A stretch of DNA of 10,707 bases from assembly GCA_041498975.1 (NCBI GenBank), contig JBGQJI010000083.1:1-10707 (forward strand). Direction: 5' to 3'. Positions 1-6,733 of the stretch are shown in pieces. Made by a program: the position numbers and the translations under genes. This DNA comes from Candidatus Methylomirabilis sp. Lineage in GTDB: Bacteria; Methylomirabilota; Methylomirabilia; Methylomirabilales; Methylomirabilaceae. The notes beneath the pieces were generated by a model that saw nothing but the letters and a program-made list of their open reading frames with translations, did not search any database and was not told the DNA's origin. The stretch's first letter is position 1, and each line of letters begins with the position of its first letter.

Positions 1-336
1 AGACAGGCGACGACCGTTGCCTTCGCGGCCATCGTCCTCTGCCAGGTGGCGAACGTTTTCGCGTGCCGGAGTCCAAGAGTGTCGAGCTTCTCCTTGCCCC
101 TCTTCACGAACCGCCTCCTCCTGTGGGGCGTGGCTGTCGAGCTCTTCATTCTCGGGCTGATCGTGTACCATCCGCTCGGCCACCGGGTCTTCGGGACCGC
201 CGCCTTCGACGGGAGGTTTTGGTTGTTTCTTTTCGTCTTCGCGGGCCTCCTTCTGCTCGCCGAAGAGACCAGGAAGGGGCTGATTCGGCGTTATGCCTGT
301 GGAAGGAACCTCCGCTATCAGGAGGGGACGGCATGA
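1..336 (+). CDS. C-terminal part of a cation-transporting P-type ATPase (type II, Cation_ATPase_C region); 5'-truncated by the window
   Basis: Frame 1 is open from base 1: RQATTVAFAAIVLCQVANVFACRS...LFTNRLLLWGVAVELFILGLIVYHPLGHRVFGTAAF...LLLAEETRK. This matches the last transmembrane helices of type II P-type ATPases (Q..N.F.CRS, N..L..G...E, EE.RK). Stop TGA 334-336. Confidence 0.88.
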   Translation, partial: RQATTVAFAAIVLCQVANVFACRSPRVSSFSLPLFTNRLLLWGVAVELFILGLIVYHPLGHRVFGTAAFDGRFWLFLFVFAGLLLLAEETRKGLIRRYACGRNLRYQEGTA

Positions 337-755
337 AGCGAAAGTCGGCGCCATCGAAGAAGCGGCCGAGGTCGGCCAGGCCCGATCCTTCGACAAGGCT
401 CAGGACAGGTCCTTCGACAAGGCTCAGGACAGGCCCGCTTCGACAACGCTCAGCGCAGGCCCTTCGGCAGAGCTCAGGACAGGCTTCGGCGGAGCTCGGG
501 ACAGAGACCGAAATGCCGCTTGACGCGGAGGATGTGGCCCTGGCCTCGCTGGAGGCACAGGTGCGGGCCGAAGAGGCGCAGGCGGAGCTCGGCCCGGTCG
601 AGCCGGTCGAAGGCTTGACGGTGCGCCTTCCGCGCCGCGTAATCTTACGGCTTCGCGCCCAGGCCGCCGAGCGGAACGTCACGCCTTCGAAGCTCGTCGA
701 ACTGGCCCTCGCGAAGCACCTGACCCCAGAGCGCGCGAGGCGTCGGAGGCGGTGA
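333..755 (+). CDS. 140-aa protein: basic N-terminus, repeat-derived linker, acidic segment and C-terminal ribbon-helix-helix (CopG-like) DNA-binding domain
   Basis: SD GGAGG at 321-325; ATG 333 overlaps the ATPase stop (ATGA). The C-terminal LTVRLPRRVILRLRAQAAERNVTPSKLVELALAKHL has the beta-strand/helix/turn/helix pattern of RHH proteins. The track's start at 63 lies inside the ATPase gene and is rejected. Confidence 0.65.
   Translation: MKRKSAPSKKRPRSARPDPSTRLRTGPSTRLRTGPLRQRSAQALRQSSGQASAELGTETEMPLDAEDVALASLEAQVRAEEAQAELGPVEPVEGLTVRLPRRVILRLRAQAAERNVTPSKLVELALAKHLTPERARRRRR
386..505 (+). repeat. Tandem array of five REP-like units, core CTTCG(A/G)CNNNGCTC(A/G)G(G/C)(A/G)CAG, inside the RHH gene
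   Basis: Cores start at 388, 412, 438, 462 and 484. 386-409 and 410-433 are exact 24-nt copies (TCCTTCGACAAGGCTCAGGACAGG). It resembles the widespread CTTCGACAGGCTCAG-type repetitive element. Confidence 0.9.
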
Positions 756-811
756 TGGACTCGAAGGGATGCGACCACCCTCATCCGCTGAGGGGTTGAG
801 GAGGAGCTCAC

Positions 812-1294
812 ATGCACAAAGCGAAACACATCCTGTGCCCCACGGATTTCTCGCGACACTCAAGGTACGCGCTCCGAAGGGCAGTCGCCATGGCCAGGGC
901 CGCCGGAGCGGAGATGGTACTCTTGCATGTCCTCCCCCAGACAACTCCAGCCGGCCTCAATGAGGACTCCTACATCCTTACGGACTGGCGGGAGTTCATG
1001 AAGGTCGAGGAAGAAAAGGCACGGAGGGCTCTGGAACGGGAGGCGCGGGCGAAGTTCCTCGAAGGGGTGAAGGTCAGGACCGTGTTGGGGGCCGGTTCCC
1101 CCTATCGAGAGATCGTGCGGCTCGCCTCGACGATGCACGCTGACCTCATCGTGATCTCCACCCATGGGACGACCGGACTGCTTCACCTCATGCTGGGAAG
1201 TGTGGCCGAGCGCGTTGTGCGGCTGGCCCCCTGCCCGGTCCTCGTGGTCAAACCGCCCCGAGTCAGGATGGCGGCACGCTCGGGGGCGCAGTAG
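812..1294 (+). CDS. Universal stress protein (UspA family), single domain
   Basis: N-terminal HILCPTDFS..S..AL..A...A...GAE..LLHV; C-terminal ADLIVISTHGTTGLLHLMLGSVAERVVRLAPCPVLVV, with the nucleotide-binding (G/S)-x2-G-x9-GS motif. SD GAGGAGG at 798-804. Confidence 0.95.
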   Translation: MHKAKHILCPTDFSRHSRYALRRAVAMARAAGAEMVLLHVLPQTTPAGLNEDSYILTDWREFMKVEEEKARRALEREARAKFLEGVKVRTVLGAGSPYREIVRLASTMHADLIVISTHGTTGLLHLMLGSVAERVVRLAPCPVLVVKPPRVRMAARSGAQ

Positions 1295-1380
1295 GGGATT
1301 CTTGAGGAGGGCGGGTTTTCCGGAAGCCTGCATAAGGTGTTGCCAAGCGAGGCCCGTAGTCTCATGAGAGGAGGACGGAC

Positions 1381-1956
1381 ATGCTGAGCATTTATCCAAA
1401 AACGGTCAGCCTCAAGGACTGGACCAAGGTGACCCTCTGGCCGATGAAGCCTCACGATGAGGTGCGTCTGCACGAGTTCTTCTGCCGGATCCCGGAGGAA
1501 GACCGGAAGCTGCTGAAGGAGGACGTGGCGAATCGCGACGTGATCACCACCTGGTGCCGACGGATCGACTACAACCGGGTCCTGCCCGTCCTCGCTGAGG
1601 CGCATGGGAAGATCGTGGGGGACGCCACGCTGCACCGGAGACAGTCCGGGTGGCTTCAGCACGTGGGAGAGATTCGGGTGGTCGTCGATCCCGAATATCG
1701 GCGGAAAGGCCTGGGCAGCCTGCTGATCGAGGATCTGATGCTACTGGCCATTGACGCGAAACTCGAACGCCTGTTCGTGGAGCTGATCGCCAGCGAGATC
1801 GCTGCCGTCAAGGCGTTCGAACGGGTCGGCTTTGAGCGAGTGGCGCATCTGCCCGGTTTCGCCCGCGACCGAAAGAACATCCCACAAGACCTGTTGGTGC
1901 TTTCGATCGATATCTCGACGGCCAACCAGCCGGAGACCTATTTCTTCAGTTTTTGA
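1381..1956 (+). CDS. GNAT N-acetyltransferase (stand-alone, resembles the GNAT domain of Pat-type protein lysine acetyltransferases), copy 1
   Basis: Acetyl-CoA-binding motif A VVDPEYRRKGLG, plus IVGDATL and AFERVGF. SD GAGGAGG lies just upstream. Confidence 0.9.
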   Translation: MLSIYPKTVSLKDWTKVTLWPMKPHDEVRLHEFFCRIPEEDRKLLKEDVANRDVITTWCRRIDYNRVLPVLAEAHGKIVGDATLHRRQSGWLQHVGEIRVVVDPEYRRKGLGSLLIEDLMLLAIDAKLERLFVELIASEIAAVKAFERVGFERVAHLPGFARDRKNIPQDLLVLSIDISTANQPETYFFSF

Positions 1957-2086
1957 GTCGCCGTGTGGAGGGCACCATGGGGTCGAATGACGACAATGGG
2001 GCACGAGGTCCCCCGGCCGGGTATGAGCGTTCTGGACCGTTGGCGTAGAGGCGGCTTCATCGCACGATCAAAGAGGAGGGTGTCCC

Positions 2087-2650
2087 ATGCTAGCCGGGTA
2101 TCCAAAGAAGGTGCAACTTCACACCGGAACGAGCGTCACGATTCGCCCGATGGTCAAGGAGGACGCGGGCAAGCTCCATGCGTTCTTCTCCAGGGTGCCG
2201 CGCGAGGACCGTCTCTTCCTGCGTGACGATGTCTCCATACGGGACGTGATCGATACATGGGCCAGAGAGCTCGATTACGAGAAGATCCTTCCCCTCGTGG
2301 CTGAGGTTGATGGGAACATCGTGGGTGATGCCACGCTGCACCGCCGAAAGTTCGGCTGGACCAGCCATGTGGGGAAGGTGCGCCTCCTCGTCGATAAAGA
2401 CTATCGGGGGAAGGGCCTCGGGACCCTCATGATCGAAGTGCTGATTGACATCGCCAAGAAAGCAGGCCTTGAGTTGCTCGTCGCCGAGATCATGGGAAAT
2501 CAAACGGCCGCGCTTGGCGCCTTCAAGCGCCTCGGGTTTGAAAAGGAGGCTGTCTTCTACAACTATGTGAAGGATCAGACGGGACAGGAGCGCAACCTTG
2601 TCGTGATGATGAAGAACCTGCAGATCGAGCCGGCGATGCTTCCCTTCTGA
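2087..2650 (+). CDS. GNAT N-acetyltransferase, copy 2 (paralog of 1381-1956)
   Basis: Motif A LVDKDYRGKGLG; N-terminal YPKKVQLHTGTSVTIRPM; SD GAGGAGG. Aligns without gaps to copy 1 at about 45% identity by hand count (about 85/187). Confidence 0.92.
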   Translation: MLAGYPKKVQLHTGTSVTIRPMVKEDAGKLHAFFSRVPREDRLFLRDDVSIRDVIDTWARELDYEKILPLVAEVDGNIVGDATLHRRKFGWTSHVGKVRLLVDKDYRGKGLGTLMIEVLIDIAKKAGLELLVAEIMGNQTAALGAFKRLGFEKEAVFYNYVKDQTGQERNLVVMMKNLQIEPAMLPF

Positions 2651-2652
2651 TT

Positions 2653-2776
2653 TTCCACGTTCCGGGTTCCAAGTACCAAGTTCCAAGTGGGAGCTGAAGA
2701 TCCGATAAGGAAAAGATCTTAACTTGGAACCCGGAACTTCGAACTTGGAACTGCGAAGCCGAACCTGGAACCTTGG
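2653..2776. repeat. Palindromic heptamer-repeat element, copy A
   Basis: Left arm 2653-2687: TTCCACG TTCCGGG TTCCAAG TACCAAG TTCCAAG. The spacer has an inner stem AAGATC(2697-2702)/GATCTT(2715-2720). Right arm from 2723: CTTGGAA CCCGGAA CTTCGAA CTTGGAA CTGCGAA GCCGAA CCTGGAA CCTTGG. Confidence 0.9.
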
Positions 2777-2787
2777 GATAACAGGCC

Positions 2788-2934
2788 ATGAAGCTGGTTA
2801 TCAGGCGAAGGCTGCCTAAGAGACGAGTGCCTCATCGTCCTACCAAGGTGGTGTCCGTGAAGGTCCGCTACGATCGGAAGAGGGCCAAACGGTCGGTTGG
2901 CGAGGAGATGAAGGCGGACGACGAGGCGAGTTGA
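2788..2934 (+). CDS. Putative 48-aa highly basic small protein
   Basis: Hand translation: MKLVIRRRLPKRRVPHRPTKVVSVKVRYDRKRAKRSVGEEMKADDEAS*. Co-oriented with its neighbours and fills an otherwise empty gap. The SD is weak and the ORF is shorter than anything listed in the ORF track. Confidence 0.5.
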   Translation: MKLVIRRRLPKRRVPHRPTKVVSVKVRYDRKRAKRSVGEEMKADDEAS

Positions 2935-3058
2935 CTGAACAGGGACACGTCGGGTCCCATCGTGGCGTCTGGGCCTGGGCCGACGATTGCTGATTCGATG
3001 ACGCGGGGGCGAGCGATGGACCACAACACGAGCACCTCGAAGACACGACGGTGAGGGG

Positions 3059-5494
3059 ATGGTCACTCCACTGAAGCCAGATGAGCTGCGTAGGGTCTGC
3101 CCACCGGAAAGTCTGCCCTTCGAGGCGACCGATACGCTCAAACCCCTGGACGAGGTTGTGGCTCAGACCCGCGCCGTCCAGGCGATCGCCTTCGGTGTTG
3201 GCATCCGCGGTGCGGGGTTCAATCTCTTTGTCCTTGGCCCTTCCGGGACGGGCAAGACCGCCGCGATCAAACGCTTCCTGGCTCTCGAGGCGTCGAAGCT
3301 TCCCACTCCTCCGGACTGGTGTTATGTGAACAACTTCGCCGATCCCCAGCGCCCACGCGCGCTTTGCCTTCCGGCCGGGCGCGCCCGCACCTTTCAGGTC
3401 GATTGCGGGCGGCTTCTGGAGGAGCTGAAGGTCGGTGTCCCGAGAGCCTTTGAAGCGGAGGCATACGAACAGCACCGTCGCACCATCCTGGATGAGCTGC
3501 AGAAGCAGACGAGCGAAGAGCTGGGGGGTGTGCAAAGCCGCGCAGAGGCGTTGGGGTTCGGGCTGGTCAAGACCGCCAGCGGGTTCGTGATCGTCCCGAT
3601 CCTGCGGGGAAAGCCGCTCAAACCGGAAGGCTTCGAAGCGCTGGATGAGGAGACGAAACGGCAGGTCAACCTCAGGAGTGAGGAGGTCCAGAAAGACCTG
3701 GCTGCGACGCATCGGCGGATCCGTGAACTGGAGCGGGAGGCCAAGAATCGCCTCGACGCACTGGACCGGGACGTGGCCACCTCTGCGGTCGATCATCTGA
3801 TCGAGGAGGTGAAGGAGCGCTACGCGAGTCACCCCGAGGTGCAGGCGTATTTCGAGGCGATGCGCGAGGATGTGATCGCCAACGTGGATTTATTCCGCCG
3901 TGGCCAGGAAGGGGCGCCGGGGCCGGCAGAACTCGTCGCCATCATGCAGCCGGGACGGGACCCCTTCGAGCGGTATCGGGTCAATGTCCTGATCGAACAG
4001 GCGGGTGATGGCGGCGCGCCGGTCGTGATGGAGCCACACCCCACCTGTCAGAACTTGGTCGGCCGGATCGAGCATCAGGTGCACATGGGCGCCCTCTACA
4101 CGAACTTCATGATGGCCAAGGCGGGCGCCCTTCACCGGGCGAATGGAGGCTTCCTGGTCCTGGAGGCCCTGGAGCTATTGAAGCAGTACTTCGCCTATGA
4201 CCAACTGAAGCGGACGCTCAAGCACCGCCGGATCAAGATCGAAGAGCCCGGGGAGCAGTTCCGTCTCTTCAGCACGGGAACCCTGGAGCCCGAGCCGATC
4301 CCCCTGGACGTGAAGGTGGTCCTTATCGGCAGCCCCTGGCTCTACTACCTCTTGCACGCCTACGATCCGGAGTTTCGGGAGCTGTTCAAGGTGCAGGCTG
4401 AGTTCGGCGAGTATGTTGCCAGGACCCCCGAGAATATCCTTGCCTTTGCTCGGCTGCTCACCACCTGCTGCCAGGAAGAGGGAATCAAGCCGTTCGAGCG
4501 CTCGGCGGTTGCGAAGCTGGTGGAGCACAGCTCCCGTCTGGTGGAGGACAGGGAGCGGCTGGCCACCACCTTCAGCGAACTCCTGGACGTGGCCCGCGAG
4601 GCCAGCTTCTGGGCCGGGAAGAACGGGCACGACCGGGTGACAGCAGAGGATGTTCACCGCGCCATAGAGACCAAGATCAGGCGGTCTAACCGATTGGAAG
4701 AGCGGCTGCAGGAGCTGATCAACGAGGGGACCCTGCTTGTCGACACCGCCGGCGCCGTGGTCGGTCAGGTGAACGGGATCGCCATCATTCCCCTAGGAGA
4801 GTACCACTTCGGCAAGCCATCGCGGATCACCGCCCGGACCTTCCTAGGGCGAGGCGGCATCATCGACATCGCGCGCGAGGCTCGGATGGGCGGCCGGATT
4901 CATAGCAAAGGCGTCCTGATCCTTTCGGGCTACCTTGGCGGCCGGTACGCGCAGCAGGTCCCCCTCGCCCTGTCGGCAAGCGTCGCCTTCGAGCAGCTTT
5001 ACGAGGAGGTGGAAGGAGACAGCGCGTCATCGGCAGAGCTGTACGCGATCCTCTCAAGCCTGTCCGGGCTTCCCATCAGCCAAGGGCTCGCGGTGACCGG
5101 GTCGGTCAATCAGCAAGGGGAAGTCCAGGCCATCGGAGCCGTCAATGCCAAGGTCGAGGGGTTCTTCGATGTGTGCCGCGCGAGAGGCCTCACGGGAGAG
5201 CAAGGTGTCCTGATCCCGGCGAGTAACGTCCGAAACCTCATGCTCCGCGAGGACGTCGTCGAAGCGGTCACCGCGGGACAGTTTCACGTCTTCCCAGTTC
5301 GAACCATCGACGAGGGGATAGCGTTGCTCACCGGGCTGGAGGCGGGTGAGCGCGGCCCGGATGGGACGTTCCCCGAAGGAAGCATCAACACCCTGGTGCA
5401 GGAGCGGCTGCGTGAGATGGCGGAGCAGGCCCGGGCCTACGGGGGCGACGGTCAGCTTCGGCCCCACTCCGGCCGCGATGACGAGCTGGAATAG
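3059..5494 (+). CDS. Lon-like S16 protease with AAA-like domain and coiled-coil insertion (LonC/LonB-like, soluble), 811 aa
   Basis: Walker A GPSGTGKT; PPDWCYVNNF..P; GALHRANGGFLVL; GQVNG; GRIHSKG; FEQLYEEVEGDSASSAE with the catalytic Ser and a Lys 43 residues later (NAKVEGF), matching the Lon Ser-Lys dyad spacing. SD GAGGGG. Confidence 0.93.
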   Translation: MVTPLKPDELRRVCPPESLPFEATDTLKPLDEVVAQTRAVQAIAFGVGIRGAGFNLFVLGPSGTGKTAAIKRFLALEASKLPTPPDWCYVNNFADPQRPRALCLPAGRARTFQVDCGRLLEELKVGVPRAFEAEAYEQHRRTILDELQKQTSEELGGVQSRAEALGFGLVKTASGFVIVPILRGKPLKPEGFEALDEETKRQVNLRSEEVQKDLAATHRRIRELEREAKNRLDALDRDVATSAVDHLIEEVKERYASHPEVQAYFEAMREDVIANVDLFRRGQEGAPGPAELVAIMQPGRDPFERYRVNVLIEQAGDGGAPVVMEPHPTCQNLVGRIEHQVHMGALYTNFMMAKAGALHRANGGFLVLEALELLKQYFAYDQLKRTLKHRRIKIEEPGEQFRLFSTGTLEPEPIPLDVKVVLIGSPWLYYLLHAYDPEFRELFKVQAEFGEYVARTPENILAFARLLTTCCQEEGIKPFERSAVAKLVEHSSRLVEDRERLATTFSELLDVAREASFWAGKNGHDRVTAEDVHRAIETKIRRSNRLEERLQELINEGTLLVDTAGAVVGQVNGIAIIPLGEYHFGKPSRITARTFLGRGGIIDIAREARMGGRIHSKGVLILSGYLGGRYAQQVPLALSASVAFEQLYEEVEGDSASSAELYAILSSLSGLPISQGLAVTGSVNQQGEVQAIGAVNAKVEGFFDVCRARGLTGEQGVLIPASNVRNLMLREDVVEAVTAGQFHVFPVRTIDEGIALLTGLEAGERGPDGTFPEGSINTLVQERLREMAEQARAYGGDGQLRPHSGRDDELE

Positions 5495-5504
5495 AGAAAG
5501 AACG

Positions 5505-5610
5505 TTCCAAGTTCCGTGTTCCGGCTTCCAAGCTTTAAGAACTTGGAACTCGGAACGTGGAACAGGGAACTGCGAAGCTGAACTTGGAACCTAGAACCCG
5601 GAACTCCGAA
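5505..5610. repeat. Palindromic heptamer-repeat element, copy B
   Basis: Left arm 5505-5532: TTCCAAG TTCCGTG TTCCGGC TTCCAAG. 9-nt spacer. Right arm 5542-5610: CTTGGAA CTCGGAA CGTGGAA CAGGGAA CTGCGAA GCTGAA CTTGGAA CCTAGAA CCCGGAA CTCCGAA. Confidence 0.9.
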
Positions 5611-5622
5611 GGGTGAGGCCGC

Positions 5623-6633
5623 ATGCCGGAACTGAGACAGGATAAGGCCACGAGAGAGTGGATCGTAATGGCCACCGAACGGGCCAAGCGTCCGCACGAC
5701 TTCCGCGTGAAGCGGAGCCGCGCGGACGTGACAATGTCCATCGATCCATGTCCTTTCTGCCCGGGTGCTGAGGCTTTGACGCCTTCCGAGGTCGCAGCCT
5801 ACCGCAAGGGTGGCGATGTCAATGGCCCGGGTTGGTGGATCCGTGTGGTGCCGAACAAGTACCCCGCGCTCGTCCCGGAGGGAAGCCTGGAGCGCAAGGC
5901 AGAAGAAGGGTTCTTTCGGAAGATGGATGGCGTCGGACGACATGAGGTCGTCATCGAAAGCCCGCGCCATGACCTCTGCATCCCGCTGATGGACGAATGG
6001 CAGGTTGAGGAGATCCTCTGGGCGTACAGGGAGCGCTTCGCGGCTCTCCATAAAGATCCACGGATCAGGTTGATCATCATTTTTAAGAACCACGGGTTGG
6101 GAGCGGGGACCTCGGTCCAGCATCCTCATTCCCAAATCATCGCCACCTCGGTTCTTCCTCTCAACATCCGCAACAAGCTCTACGAGGCGGCCCGGTACCA
6201 TGACGAACACGGACAATGTGTCTACTGCCATATGCTGAAGGAAGAGCTGCAGATCGGCAAGCGGATCGTGGACGAGACAGACACATTTGTCGTGTACCAC
6301 CCCTTTGCCTCCCGAGCGCCGTTCGAGACCTGGATCGTCCCGAAAGCGCACGAGGCCTGCTTTGCCCTGATCGGTCCCGACGACTCAAGACGGCTCGCCC
6401 ACACGCTCAAGGCCGCTTGGGCGAAGCTCCACCAGGCGCTAAACGATCCGGATCTCAATTATGTGCTGCACACCGCGGGCAACGCGCATGAGGGAAAGGA
6501 CTACTACCACTGGCACCTGCAAATCATTCCACGACTCACCACACCGGCCGGGTTCGAGCTGGGATCGGGAATGTATATCAATACCGCCCTGCCTGAGCAG
6601 ACCGCGCCCTTCTTGGGCAGCATGCGGCCATGA
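5623..6633 (+). CDS. galT: Galactose-1-phosphate uridylyltransferase family (GalT-type HIT superfamily nucleotidyltransferase)
   Basis: MPELRQD...WIVMATERAKRP, CPFCPG zinc site, RVVPNKYPAL, G.HEVVIESP.H, FKNHG..AGTS and catalytic HPHSQ; C-terminal HWHLQIIPRL...AGFELGSG.YIN. Confidence 0.9.
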   Translation: MPELRQDKATREWIVMATERAKRPHDFRVKRSRADVTMSIDPCPFCPGAEALTPSEVAAYRKGGDVNGPGWWIRVVPNKYPALVPEGSLERKAEEGFFRKMDGVGRHEVVIESPRHDLCIPLMDEWQVEEILWAYRERFAALHKDPRIRLIIIFKNHGLGAGTSVQHPHSQIIATSVLPLNIRNKLYEAARYHDEHGQCVYCHMLKEELQIGKRIVDETDTFVVYHPFASRAPFETWIVPKAHEACFALIGPDDSRRLAHTLKAAWAKLHQALNDPDLNYVLHTAGNAHEGKDYYHWHLQIIPRLTTPAGFELGSGMYINTALPEQTAPFLGSMRP

Positions 6634-6733
6634 TGGAAAGAGTGCGAGGTCCGAGGTGCGACCGTCAAGTGAGGGGTGCGCTGTAGGGGCGCTGCTTGCT
6701 GCGCCCTTGTGCGGGTGGTGGAAGGAGTAGAGG

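Noticed and set aside
63..332. Long N-terminal extension of the 63..755 ORF
   Set aside because: It overlaps the ATPase C-terminus in another frame; ATG 333 has an SD and an ATGA coupling.
386..505. CRISPR array
   Set aside because: Units are adjacent (0-4 nt between cores) with no unique spacers, they lie in an ORF, and there are no cas genes in the window.
778..794. Hairpin CCCTCA/TGAGGG upstream of the usp SD
   Set aside because: Short 6-bp stem with no U-tract that does not cover the SD; plausible by chance.
1330..1345. Sigma-54-like TGGCAAC...TGC on the minus strand
   Set aside because: The GG-to-GC spacing is 11 nt instead of the required 10, and it points antisense to the cluster.
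2653..5610. Composite transposon or IS flanking the Lon gene
   Set aside because: No transposase and no identifiable target-site duplication; the two elements share architecture but are not near-identical copies.
6686..6706. GGGCGC/GCGCCC hairpin between galT and ppsA as a terminator
   Set aside because: No poly-U tail; short GC stems are common at this base composition.
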